Sequence record: NC_014636.1
DNA: 64,000 nt
Strand: one strand, 5' to 3'
A program made the translations under genes and the position numbers. The notes under the pieces were generated by a model. That model made no database searches. It saw nothing but the letters and a program-made list of their open reading frames with translations, and was not told the origin of the DNA. The number at the start of each line of letters is the position of its first letter. Within the stretch, counting starts at the first letter, position 1. Shown piece by piece: positions 17,144 through 25,924 of the stretch.

Positions 17144-18084
17144 CACTTTTTGAAGAAATTTTTAATTTTTTCTTTGATGCCTATTTTCAACTGCGCCTCA
17201 AGAACACCATAAGCGGCTTCAATCATCGGCATTTGTTTCTTGTAAACATCAGTGCTATCGGTACCTGTGCCGGTTGCGTCTCGGACACGGGCTTTGAATT
17301 CACCAAGTCCGATTTGTCTTTGGCAACCAACGTTGATTACCACCTTTCGATCCCTGATATACATCGTAATGGTGCGAGATTTACCACCCATGCCAACGAG
17401 TTGATGATAGCTACCGAGTACGATATTATTGCATTCGTGTATGATTGTTTTGTTTGCGAGATTCACCCGCTCACCAATAACACACCGATCACCAATCGTG
17501 CTATTGTTTCCAATCAATACACAATTTTCGATTTTGCTATAAGACCGAATCGTACTAAATTCATGTATCGAAACTTTGTCACCAATGATACAGTCATTGG
17601 AAATGATGCATTGGCTAGAAATACGAGAATCCATACCAATATACGAACGTTGATTTATGATCGTTCTTTCATCAATTCGAACACCGCGACGGATTATTAC
17701 AGATGGACCAATAATAACATATCTGCGAATTCTGGAAGCATAGTATATTTTGGTATTGTTGTGGATTGTAACACATTCGCCGATTTCGACATCATCTTGA
17801 ATATTTACCTTGCTATCAATCTTGGTGCCTCTGCGAATAGTCACACAACCGCCGATAACGGACCCTTTTCCGATATATACATCTTCGCCGAATAGTACAC
17901 TTCCACCAATAACAGCGTCATGATGCACCCAAAAGATCTCAGTTGTCTTCGGCAAATGACAAGACGCTGGAATCACCGCACCAACATCGCCGGCTTTAAC
18001 ATCGATTATTTGAAATCTACACATCGCTGGAAAATCTACAAGTGCTTCCAGTCGACCTTGATCGTTAATCTTCCAATATTCCAT
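17143..18084 (-). CDS. Hexapeptide-repeat (left-handed beta-helix) protein
   Basis: Long run of (I/V)G.....I repeats; N-terminal DVKAGDVG motif. Confidence 0.85.
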   Translation of the reverse strand: MEYWKINDQGRLEALVDFPAMCRFQIIDVKAGDVGAVIPASCHLPKTTEIFWVHHDAVIGGSVLFGEDVYIGKGSVIGGCVTIRRGTKIDSKVNIQDDVEIGECVTIHNNTKIYYASRIRRYVIIGPSVIIRRGVRIDERTIINQRSYIGMDSRISSQCIISNDCIIGDKVSIHEFSTIRSYSKIENCVLIGNNSTIGDRCVIGERVNLANKTIIHECNNIVLGSYHQLVGMGGKSRTITMYIRDRKVVINVGCQRQIGLGEFKARVRDATGTGTDSTDVYKKQMPMIEAAYGVLEAQLKIGIKEKIKNFFKK

Positions 18085-18093
18085 GATATCTCC

Positions 18094-18252
18094 TTATCGA
18101 ATTGCTACGTTATGAATGCCAGTTAGTGCGCAAATAAGCGCAAAACAATTACGGTAGTATTGCGGTTCAGCGAAGAACATAGCACCACAAGCAACAATAG
18201 CAATCAGTACCATGAAGAACTTCGATACCCAAAGCTTATTGATTTCCATCAT
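18094..18252 (-). CDS. Small membrane protein (52 aa)
   Basis: Manual: MMEINKLWVSKFFMVLIAIVACG... Confidence 0.7.
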   Translation of the reverse strand: MMEINKLWVSKFFMVLIAIVACGAMFFAEPQYYRNCFALICALTGIHNVAIR

Positions 18253-18512
18253 AGATCCTTATCAATATCAGACAACATCCGCAGATACTTTAGCACACTA
18301 GACTTTCGCCTGCAAGTGAATTCTACCGTAAATTTCATTTCGATGCTGTAATAAGTGGGCTTAGGGAATATCCAATAAATCAGATGTCCAATTTCAAGCA
18401 CAATACAATCTCGATATTTTTCAAACGTGTAACCAGCGGATTTCAACTCTTTAGCGAGTTCATCGCGGCGACGCTTGATTATTCCATCGCGAATTTCAAA
18501 CAGTGAGCGCAT
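18249..18512 (-). CDS. Hypothetical protein
   Basis: Coupled ORF. Confidence 0.7.
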   Translation of the reverse strand: MRSLFEIRDGIIKRRRDELAKELKSAGYTFEKYRDCIVLEIGHLIYWIFPKPTYYSIEMKFTVEFTCRRKSSVLKYLRMLSDIDKDL

Positions 18513-18786
18513 TTAATTCGTCCATGATGTCCATGATTTGAAGATGCGAGCGAGCGATAAAAGAAACCTTAGTGCAATGATTTCGCTTATAACTGGAAGT
18601 GCTCACGATGTTGTTATCGGCAAGATAGTGGAAGAATCCAGCGATTTCTTGTGCTACCGCTTTATCTTGAACTCGAACAGAAACAACAACACGACCACCG
18701 GCAATCTCCCGAACTTCCGAACAGAGAAACGCAAGTTTGCGACGGGTAAGATTATCGACTACCGCTTCCAACAGTTGGAGTTTCAT
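18496..18786 (-). CDS. Hypothetical protein
   Basis: Start moved to MKLQLL (TAATG overlap). Confidence 0.7.
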   Translation of the reverse strand: MKLQLLEAVVDNLTRRKLAFLCSEVREIAGGRVVVSVRVQDKAVAQEIAGFFHYLADNNIVSTSSYKRNHCTKVSFIARSHLQIMDIMDELNALTV

Positions 18787-18956
18787 TACATAGTCTCCAA
18801 AACTTCGATGGTAGCTTGCAGGCTTTCGATCTCGGTTTCCCACACTGCGCGTTGATCTGCACCTTCCGGTGTCCACTCACCGACATAAGATGCTTCAATT
18901 TTGCCGTTGATAACCATGATCTTTTCTGCCAGTGCTTTGATTGCGGTGCTATGCAT
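18786..18956 (-). CDS. Small hypothetical protein
   Basis: Start moved to MHSTAI (GAGG SD). Confidence 0.75.
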   Translation of the reverse strand: MHSTAIKALAEKIMVINGKIEASYVGEWTPEGADQRAVWETEIESLQATIEVLETM

Positions 18957-19012
18957 GATGATTTCCTCAGTTGTTTTGTTTCGCGATAATTCGCTTTTGT
19001 TTCGATGTGGAC

Positions 19013-19041
19013 ATATTATCAGGTCCATATCAAGCGTCAAC
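19013..19041 (-). promoter_or_regulatory. Early promoter
   Basis: GTTGAC-N17-TAATAT; TGGAC/GTCCA arms. Confidence 0.8.
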
Positions 19042-19052
19042 TACTTTTTGAC

Positions 19053-19280
19053 TTAATCCAAATAAATTTTTGGACCGTAGTGTTCGAATCCTTCGGTAAT
19101 CAGATAGTCAATATGACGACCATCTAACGTCTTTGCAGACCAGGTCCATTGACCTGTTTCGCTACGAGTCGGAATTGTTTCGCAGATGCAAACAATCTCC
19201 TGACCATAACCACATTCAACGAATGTGGTACCGACTTGCAGCTTCTTTACAACGTTTTCAATCCGACTCATTTCAGCCAC
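19053..19280 (-). CDS. Hypothetical protein
   Basis: ORF in run. Confidence 0.7.
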   Translation of the reverse strand: MAEMSRIENVVKKLQVGTTFVECGYGQEIVCICETIPTRSETGQWTWSAKTLDGRHIDYLITEGFEHYGPKIYLD

Positions 19281-19504
19281 CCTTGTTTGTCAAGCAGTTT
19301 TGCGGCATCCCGAACATATTCGATGCTCGGAGCAACACATTCAGGGACACCATATACCATGGCGTGTCGCAAAACCTTGTCCATCGCACCAGGCAAATTG
19401 TTGTTGTAGATAGCAGAAACAGGATCTACCAACGGACGATTTTTGAAAACGGTTGCCAACAGAATCGCGTTTACATGATCTTTCGTGTCTTGCCAATGAC
19501 TCAT
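19268..19504 (-). CDS. Hypothetical protein
   Basis: Coupled ORF. Confidence 0.7.
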   Translation of the reverse strand: MSHWQDTKDHVNAILLATVFKNRPLVDPVSAIYNNNLPGAMDKVLRHAMVYGVPECVAPSIEYVRDAAKLLDKQGWLK

Positions 19505-19692
19505 TAGATTACCTCACAGTAGTTAAGCAGAAAGTAGGACAGAGCAAAGAAAGGAATCATTGCAGTGAGACCAACGATTGCACGTTTAATCGTATCTTGT
19601 TCGTCCCATATTTCCAAGAAAGAAACAACACCAATGCCGTAAATTACATTGACAAGCGTCAGCCCCAGTGCGATTACTTCTTGATTCGTCAT
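19504..19692 (-). CDS. Small two-TM membrane protein
   Basis: Two hydrophobic segments; GAGG SD. Confidence 0.75.
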   Translation of the reverse strand: MTNQEVIALGLTLVNVIYGIGVVSFLEIWDEQDTIKRAIVGLTAMIPFFALSYFLLNYCEVI

Positions 19693-19721
19693 GATTACTT
19701 TCCTCGTTTCGTTATGGCACC

Positions 19722-19750
19722 ATAGTATCAGAATCGGATACTACGTCAAC
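19722..19750 (-). promoter_or_regulatory. Early promoter
   Basis: GTTGAC-N17-TACTAT. Confidence 0.75.
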
Positions 19751-19833
19751 CTCTTTTTCAAAAATTTTGCGTTCTTCTTCGCACATAGTTTCTGGGTCTT
19801 TGTATACAATTTCCATAGTTTTCTCCAAATAAA

Positions 19834-19853
19834 AAGCCCGCCGTAGCGGGCTT
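19834..19853 (-). terminator. Terminator
   Basis: AAGCCCGC-TACG-GCGGGCTT + T-run. Confidence 0.9.
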
Positions 19854-20418
19854 ATCTCATTAAAACGATATCCGTTAGACTTTCGCCCAACGTCAATTCA
19901 GCTTCTTCAATCCAATCAGACGTTTCCGGCATGTCATAGAATTGATCTTTACTTTCGAAAATAGCTTGCTTCTGTCCCATCTCGGTACGCTTCTTAGACT
20001 GAAACCCTTTAGTTCCCTTAGGGTAAACAGTAGCGATCTCGATCTGACGATTCTTAACACGACCAGCAACACTAATGTCCATGCTGTTCGAGTGGAACAT
20101 AAATTGACCAGTTCTGATCTTTGCGTCTTCAACATAATGAGCAATTTTTCGGTAGAATGCTTTCCACTCTTCCGGTGTTACATCATTGCGACGCTGGGCA
20201 GCTCGCGCTTGCGCGTGAATAGAACTCATGAAATCATAAACGCCAACTTTCATCTTGGTAGAAAGCTTAGAACGTTTTGATAACTCGAATTCCTGCTCTT
20301 TCGTCAGTTCGACGACTTGGTTTTTACTCTTTGCATATACAGGCTTTTTCTGGTCTTTCTCCAGTTGTTCATCGCCCGGCATATGACTTTCTGCTAGAAA
20401 CTCAGCCAGCGTTTTCAT
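19852..20418 (-). CDS. Putative capsid internal protein with T4-type capsid-targeting sequence
   Basis: N-terminus MKTLAEFLAE resembles T4 IPII/IPIII MKTYQEFIAE; lies in a CTAAATA late-promoter operon. Confidence 0.7.
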   Translation of the reverse strand: MKTLAEFLAESHMPGDEQLEKDQKKPVYAKSKNQVVELTKEQEFELSKRSKLSTKMKVGVYDFMSSIHAQARAAQRRNDVTPEEWKAFYRKIAHYVEDAKIRTGQFMFHSNSMDISVAGRVKNRQIEIATVYPKGTKGFQSKKRTEMGQKQAIFESKDQFYDMPETSDWIEEAELTLGESLTDIVLMR

Positions 20419-20662
20419 GCTTGCTCTCCCTCTTGATCTGAATTCGCAAAATCAAATCCGCAATTGCAATAACAACAATCACTGCCGCGAAATACATTGC
20501 AAAGGGACCATCCGATTCAACGAACGTGTCGGTAATCCATGCATGTAATGCGCTATATGCCAGGGTACCCAATAGCAGTTGCCATAGAATGGCTAGAAGC
20601 TTTTGAAAGAAACTTTTGTTGAATCCTTCTAATGCTTTTTTGATTTCTTCGTCTTCGCTCAT
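20402..20662 (-). CDS. Late-operon two-TM membrane protein
   Basis: Two hydrophobic helices; AGGAG SD. Confidence 0.75.
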   Translation of the reverse strand: MSEDEEIKKALEGFNKSFFQKLLAILWQLLLGTLAYSALHAWITDTFVESDGPFAMYFAAVIVVIAIADLILRIQIKRESKHENAG

Positions 20663-20680
20663 ATCAATCTCCTAAAACTA

Positions 20681-20687
20681 TATTTAG
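20681..20687 (-). promoter_or_regulatory. Late promoter (CTAAATA)
   Basis: 19 nt upstream of 20662 start. Confidence 0.75.
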
Positions 20688-20690
20688 AGA

Positions 20691-20819
20691 TTATACGAAC
20701 CAATCATGCTCAAGTCCATATACCAAGATTAGGACTATGATTGCGAATGCTCTTAGAAATGTATTACCGTATACTAACGAAATCGCAGTTGCGAAATAAT
20801 ACGCGATATTCAAAATCAT
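20691..20819 (-). CDS. Small membrane protein (42 aa)
   Basis: Manual: MILNIAYYFATAISLVYGNTFLRAF...; ATGA-coupled. Confidence 0.65.
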   Translation of the reverse strand: MILNIAYYFATAISLVYGNTFLRAFAIIVLILVYGLEHDWFV

Positions 20820-20962
20820 ACGAGTCGGATTATCCCATAGTTAATCAGACATCCCATAAACAGGACACCAAGACCAAATCCTCGCATGAATCCGTTACCA
20901 AATAGAATACTTGACCCGATTAAAGCACCGATTGTAAATTCCAAGATCTCTTGATGATTCAT
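20816..20962 (-). CDS. Small membrane protein (48 aa)
   Basis: Manual: MNHQEILEFTIGALIGSSILFGNGFMRGF...; ATGA-coupled. Confidence 0.65.
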   Translation of the reverse strand: MNHQEILEFTIGALIGSSILFGNGFMRGFGLGVLFMGCLINYGIIRLV

Positions 20963-21240
20963 ACTTTCAACTCCACAATTTCGTAATCATTGGCGTGACG
21001 ATTACGAATTGCGTAATCCGTCAGTTCTGGGTTTCGTTCGCTTGAGTTATACCATTCAACCACTTTGATATGATTGATCACGTTCCACAGCAGTTCGACG
21101 CTAGTCGTTATGAACGGAATATCTTCGTTGAACTCAAACTCGGCAGTTACGGAGTTACAAAACTCTTCACCATCGTGCGCTTGAGTAGAGATACCAACCC
21201 ACTTGCTATGATCTGTCTTGTGACGCAATGCATAAAACAT
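20959..21240 (-). CDS. Hypothetical protein
   Basis: Start moved to MFYALR. Confidence 0.75.
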   Translation of the reverse strand: MFYALRHKTDHSKWVGISTQAHDGEEFCNSVTAEFEFNEDIPFITTSVELLWNVINHIKVVEWYNSSERNPELTDYAIRNRHANDYEIVELKV

Positions 21241-21266
21241 GATATTCTCCTCAGTTGATAATGCCC

Positions 21267-21295
21267 ATTCTACATGAACGGGCATTAATGTCAAG
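21267..21295 (-). promoter_or_regulatory. Early promoter with inverted repeat
   Basis: CTTGAC-N17-TAGAAT; TAATGCCC/GGGCATTA arms. Confidence 0.8.
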
Positions 21296-21623
21296 CTAAA
21301 CCCAACGCTTTTCTTTCTGCGGTAGACAGTTTTGCCAACGCTTGCTTTTTGAGCTTTTCTTGCTCGATGCTTTGGAACTGGTCTTTGCTGGTGATCACGT
21401 TGATTCTATCTTTCAGGAGAAAACTGATTTTCTCGCCGTCAACGTCGAAAGTCAGAACATCAACTGGTTGACTGTTAACGTGACCGTTACCGCCCCACCA
21501 TCCTTTACCCTTAGAGATCTCTGTGCCTACAGACGGGATTGTTACATAAGCAAAGACTTTAGATTCGCGCTCGCTGATGTCCACGTGTACGGGATACACT
21601 TGTTCTCGTTTCATAGTAACCAT
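21291..21623 (-). CDS. Hypothetical protein
   Basis: TAATG-coupled start. Confidence 0.7.
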   Translation of the reverse strand: MVTMKREQVYPVHVDISERESKVFAYVTIPSVGTEISKGKGWWGGNGHVNSQPVDVLTFDVDGEKISFLLKDRINVITSKDQFQSIEQEKLKKQALAKLSTAERKALGLA

Positions 21624-21796
21624 TACCAATTATCCTTCTCGTTAAGAATATCGCAAATGTATTCGCTACTGCTTGCGATAATTTCGTCTTCGATTGTGAT
21701 TTCAACAACAATCTGACCTTTATTGGTAGAGACGCTGATATCCAGATTTTCTTTCAGATAAGATTTCAACGCCGCTTTGAGTTCTCCTGATGTCAT
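21623..21796 (-). CDS. Small hypothetical protein (57 aa), paralogue of 21796-21987
   Basis: Manual: MTSGELKAALKSYLKENLDISV... Confidence 0.7.
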   Translation of the reverse strand: MTSGELKAALKSYLKENLDISVSTNKGQIVVEITIEDEIIASSSEYICDILNEKDNW

Positions 21797-21987
21797 CACA
21801 GATACTCGGTAGCATTTGCGATAACTTTGTCGCCGAGTTTAATCTCGATCTCAAGCGTCACATCGTTGTAATAACCATGACGGCGATTCAGATTGATACT
21901 CAGATTTTCGGCCAGATAGTTTTCGATTTGTTCTTCCAACCAGTTACCTTCGCAGCGACATTTCCGCTCTTTCTTTTCATCACACAT
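21796..21987 (-). CDS. Small hypothetical protein
   Basis: Shares YL.ENL.I...I.....IA..EY. Confidence 0.7.
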   Translation of the reverse strand: MCDEKKERKCRCEGNWLEEQIENYLAENLSINLNRRHGYYNDVTLEIEIKLGDKVIANATEYL

Positions 21988-22008
21988 TACATGACCTCAC
22001 AGCAGTTG

Positions 22009-22494
22009 TCAACAGATTTTTCCACGATTTTCGTGCTCTTTGCATTGATTGGTAGAATACCCATCGAATACAGATTTTGCACGATAGTAATCCCTAACGC
22101 TAAATCCGTTCATACTATCAACGTGGATAAAGTTTTGTTTTTGCGATTCCAACATGTCGTCGTCATCGTCGATAATCACATATTGCTTGGTCTCGGGATG
22201 TTTGTCAAGCCATTCCTGAATTAATTCACCACGGTTTTCACCAACAAGATCTCTTGTCTTGAAATCCTCATGAACACAATCAGGAGGAAAGCCAGCCATA
22301 GCAAGATGATCCTTAACCATCTGCATGTCGCATCCCAATCTCCAAGTGCTACTGTAAACCACTTTCAAACCATAGTCAACGATTAGTTTTGATAGGAGCT
22401 TAACAGCCCCTATATCTACCATCTGACCATATTTCAGATAACTACTGTCACAGTGGAATACGCCGTCAACATCAAGGAACATCACACGCTTCAT
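22009..22494 (-). CDS. HAD-superfamily phosphatase, Swiss Army Knife RNA-repair type (HAD_SAK_2-like)
   Basis: FLDVDGV, YSSTWR, RG..I..WL..H, YVIIDDDDDM. Confidence 0.88.
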   Translation of the reverse strand: MKRVMFLDVDGVFHCDSSYLKYGQMVDIGAVKLLSKLIVDYGLKVVYSSTWRLGCDMQMVKDHLAMAGFPPDCVHEDFKTRDLVGENRGELIQEWLDKHPETKQYVIIDDDDDMLESQKQNFIHVDSMNGFSVRDYYRAKSVFDGYSTNQCKEHENRGKIC

Positions 22495-23747
22495 TAGAAA
22501 AACGCCTCTAGTGTGTTAGTTTTAAGCCAGTACGGATAAAATCTGCCGTCGCTAGTATCATCTGGATCTAGTGTGTTGCAATAAGCAATTCTCTCGTTTA
22601 GCTTATCTCGTTGTTTCTCTCCCAGAAGACGCACCAAACGCTCTATGGCAGCTTCCCTATTGTCCCGCATATACTCGCAAGCATAGATTCTGGAAACGAT
22701 GGTATCGCTATCCAGCCGCGTGGCCTGCATACGTTTAACGATGCCTTCTAGTATGTTACCGTCGCCACATGATGGCTCAAAGAAAGTCGATGTCTTAGAC
22801 GTATCGATATCAGTATGATCCAACATCTTGTTTACTACCTCAATCGGCGTGAAAAACTCGGCAGTTTGCTTTTGTCTGTCTCGCTCAATCTTATCAGTAA
22901 ACTCTCTGGTCTCTTTTGTCGTTACCGTCTTATGACGAACACCGCCATAATAATCTTCGATCACAGTTGGAACTAGGTGTCTGATGTCGTTCATGTCGAA
23001 CATATCAAACAGTTCATCATCGTTCCATGTGCGCGTGAAGTCAAGCCACGGGATAGCTGCCAACTCGCCGCTATCAAGATGAACGTTCATCTTATACAGC
23101 GCAAGCCGCAGGCGAGCGAAGTCCGTTTTCAAGTAGCTAACAAAATTATCAGCTTCCTCTTTCGTCTTGAATGCGAAATTCTGTCCTCTGTCTGGCATCG
23201 TCTCGGTTGGCTCATAAGAATCAGGCAGCATAGTAAAGAAATCACTATTAAAACGTTTACCTGGCTCGGGTGGGTGTCCGCGTACTGACGCAATAGTCAC
23301 GTAGTATTTGGCTTCCGCAACCGGGAGTTTGAAAATATGATGCGTCAAATTATCGATTGACATTTTGTTGTAAAGCGGGATAATCCAGTCTCCAATCATG
23401 TTGAGTTCGTTTATGTGAACTCGCTTGTTATAGAATCCAGATACATCAATTTTACCGTCGTTTTGTTCTTTCGTGTCGATTGTGGTAATACTTAACGGGG
23501 TAAGAAACCCAGCACGAAATAAAGCGTTGCCGTCAATCAACTCTACCGACGTCTTGAATTGCTTCATGCTGTCCAGAAACTTTTGAACACGCTTTGTTTG
23601 TCTAGTTGGTTTTCTGTTTACAAACGGACCACTTGGATGAATTGCCACAACTTTTTTACACTTATCAACTCCCAAATTTAGAAAGTCAATGTGTAAACCC
23701 GCACTATATGGCGGGTTTGCGATCATGTAATCAAACAGAATGGACAT
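22494..23747 (-). CDS. N6-adenine DNA methyltransferase (Eco57I/gamma-like motifs in permuted order)
   Basis: N-terminal DYMIANPPYS (motif IV); C-terminal EFFTP...FFEPSCGDGNIL...IYACE (motifs X, I, II); start moved to MSILFDY. Confidence 0.85.
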   Translation of the reverse strand: MSILFDYMIANPPYSAGLHIDFLNLGVDKCKKVVAIHPSGPFVNRKPTRQTKRVQKFLDSMKQFKTSVELIDGNALFRAGFLTPLSITTIDTKEQNDGKIDVSGFYNKRVHINELNMIGDWIIPLYNKMSIDNLTHHIFKLPVAEAKYYVTIASVRGHPPEPGKRFNSDFFTMLPDSYEPTETMPDRGQNFAFKTKEEADNFVSYLKTDFARLRLALYKMNVHLDSGELAAIPWLDFTRTWNDDELFDMFDMNDIRHLVPTVIEDYYGGVRHKTVTTKETREFTDKIERDRQKQTAEFFTPIEVVNKMLDHTDIDTSKTSTFFEPSCGDGNILEGIVKRMQATRLDSDTIVSRIYACEYMRDNREAAIERLVRLLGEKQRDKLNERIAYCNTLDPDDTSDGRFYPYWLKTNTLEAFF

Positions 23748-24435
23748 TGAACTGTCCCGCGTACTTCTCAGACATACCGAACTGTTCGATAGCCGTGCGG
23801 AGTACGTTCCGCTGTTCCAGCAGCCTTGCGCGATCTGCAATATATGCCCTTACCATAGCTTCGGCAGTCTCTGTATTGCGTCGATTGATCTCGGCTTGAA
23901 TGCCCTGAACATGCAAACGAAGCTCTTCCGTGGTCATATTACCGACATCAATTTGTAACACGCGACGATCCGGTTCTACTTTCACCGGAGCTTGAGGCTT
24001 CGCTGGTTTCGGCCACATGGGGATATACCGTTCAGGCAATTTCATGTTGATATGAATCTCGGTATCGGTATGCGAAATTGCCATACCAGAATAGAGAATC
24101 ATATTCTTAGCGAACTCCTCAACCAGTCTAAGTTGACCAAGTTTCGCGAACTGCAAAACAACGGTAGTTGAATCGCTATGAATTGAATAATTCACCTCAT
24201 ATCCAACGAGGCGAGGCCATTTATCATCGAACACATAAGCGCCGAATACTTGACCCATAAGGTAAACCTGTTTTCTACCGCGAGCTTCTACCATTGCTTT
24301 CAGTTCGCGACGCATTGCATTGCGAATATTAGATGGCATGATAGTAGTTTTCGGTTTATCGATATAGGTGGCCGTGCAGCGATTCAGGAACTTAGCCCAT
24401 TGATTATGCGCTACACGTTTTCTTTTTTCACTCAC
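23731..24435 (-). CDS. Hypothetical protein with C-terminal coiled coil
   Basis: GGAG SD. Confidence 0.75.
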   Translation of the reverse strand: MSEKRKRVAHNQWAKFLNRCTATYIDKPKTTIMPSNIRNAMRRELKAMVEARGRKQVYLMGQVFGAYVFDDKWPRLVGYEVNYSIHSDSTTVVLQFAKLGQLRLVEEFAKNMILYSGMAISHTDTEIHINMKLPERYIPMWPKPAKPQAPVKVEPDRRVLQIDVGNMTTEELRLHVQGIQAEINRRNTETAEAMVRAYIADRARLLEQRNVLRTAIEQFGMSEKYAGQFNVHSV

Positions 24436-24447
24436 ATTATCTCCAAA

Positions 24448-24463
24448 GAGGGCCGAAGCCCTC
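24448..24463 (-). terminator. Hairpin/terminator
   Basis: GAGGGC-TTCG-GCCCTC-TTT. Confidence 0.7.
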
Positions 24464-24662
24464 AGATTTCGAATATAGACGCAAGTCCGGGATGTTGTGG
24501 GAATTTAACATGCTTCGTATTCTTGTCGATAGCAAGGCCGGTTTGTGCCACAAAAGCGTCGAACTTTTCTTTTGTTGCAAAGCGGACTTTGATCGTCCGC
24601 TTGCTAGATTTCATTTTCTCGATTACATGCTCTGGAGCTGCATCTGGATTTACATACGCCAT
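24462..24662 (-). CDS. Small protein resembling the N-terminal domain of the adjacent glycosyltransferase
   Basis: IKVRF...FDAF..TGLAIDKNTKHVKFP versus IEFEF...EAF..ADLPLSDKTKSIWWP. Confidence 0.75.
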   Translation of the reverse strand: MAYVNPDAAPEHVIEKMKSSKRTIKVRFATKEKFDAFVAQTGLAIDKNTKHVKFPQHPGLASIFEI

Positions 24663-25861
24663 TATTGATCCTCGTCTTCCGCATCTTGTTCGGATGCTTT
24701 CATAGATGTTAGCACCATCCCGTATTCATTGCAACCATCAGGAATAGGCTTAATCAGTTTTAGACGATTTCCGCGATACGGAGAGTAGTCTACCCAGTGA
24801 TGCCATCTGCCGTTCATCCACTGCAATCTGGCAACGTCTGGATGCATGTCCACGATCATCTGTGACTTCGGCAAAGTGCCTTCATGACCATAGAAAGCTT
24901 CTGTGTTACCACCTGCCATTGCTTGAGTCACAAGCTTACCGGTTAGATATGCGTTGAACTGAATGGTGCAATGACCATCTTTCAGAACTCGCAAGCTCAA
25001 ATCGGTATCTTCGTTGTAACGACCTCTCCAACGATATGGGATGTCGTTTAGAATAAGCAGCGTACTATAAATCCGGGTGTTCTGTACGAACGGTGGCAGA
25101 CTCTCTTTCGGCACAGCGAAGAAACGATAATGCGGACCAGCGATATACACGTTTTCATAACGGTCAACGTGATCTTCCATCGCACGGAAAATTGCACCGC
25201 TGTTCACGATAACCCGCTTATTACCGTCAAGACGGAAAAAGTGCTGTTGATTATCATCCATAACCCAGTGACGCTTGAACCCATTTTTCATCGAGTGTTC
25301 CCACGCGAAGTTACGAGCCGCGCCTGGACCTTTGCTTCGAGTTGCACCGAGATCGTCGAATGTATCGTATTCGTCCAGATATTTTTGATCCAGAATTAGA
25401 ACGGTTACATATTCGTGATCAACTCGGCTGTTATAGTCTTCAAACTGCGAAGCTTCTACCACAATGTAATGTTTGACTTTCATCCGAACAAGACTATCGG
25501 AAGTCAAACGTTTTTCGAATCGAGACTTGGAAACGATATAGATCGGATACTTCGGTTGATTCGAATCTGTATAATCCGAAACATAACGAATCACAGAGTA
25601 ATCGTCTGGTCCCTTCTTAGGCCACCAGATACTCTTTGTCTTGTCGCTCAACGGCAAGTCGGCAAGCTTTGAAAAAGCTTCCACATCTTCGTTGCTATCG
25701 AATTCGAATTCGATTTCGGCATAAGCGTCGATGATATCTTTCGGGACGTAATGAGGCATTTGTTGCCAGTGATCCCATGGGTTATCTTCGTTCGCGTATC
25801 TCTCATTACGATAAATGAGATTGCCGTCTAAGTCAATTGTTTTTTCTGCGTTCTTGTGCAT
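24662..25861 (-). CDS. TAGT/GREB1-like GT-A glycosyltransferase (possible DNA modification)
   Basis: PKYPIYIVSKSR, GPGAARNFAWEH, HWVMDDN, RIYSTLLI, WRGRYNEDTDLSLRVLK, GGNT; start moved to MHKNAE. Confidence 0.8.
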   Translation of the reverse strand: MHKNAEKTIDLDGNLIYRNERYANEDNPWDHWQQMPHYVPKDIIDAYAEIEFEFDSNEDVEAFSKLADLPLSDKTKSIWWPKKGPDDYSVIRYVSDYTDSNQPKYPIYIVSKSRFEKRLTSDSLVRMKVKHYIVVEASQFEDYNSRVDHEYVTVLILDQKYLDEYDTFDDLGATRSKGPGAARNFAWEHSMKNGFKRHWVMDDNQQHFFRLDGNKRVIVNSGAIFRAMEDHVDRYENVYIAGPHYRFFAVPKESLPPFVQNTRIYSTLLILNDIPYRWRGRYNEDTDLSLRVLKDGHCTIQFNAYLTGKLVTQAMAGGNTEAFYGHEGTLPKSQMIVDMHPDVARLQWMNGRWHHWVDYSPYRGNRLKLIKPIPDGCNEYGMVLTSMKASEQDAEDEDQ

Positions 25862-25924
25862 ATTTGTCCCAAATAGAAACGGTGATGTCACATAGGATAT
25901 CACCGTTTTGACTTGTTGTAAACT

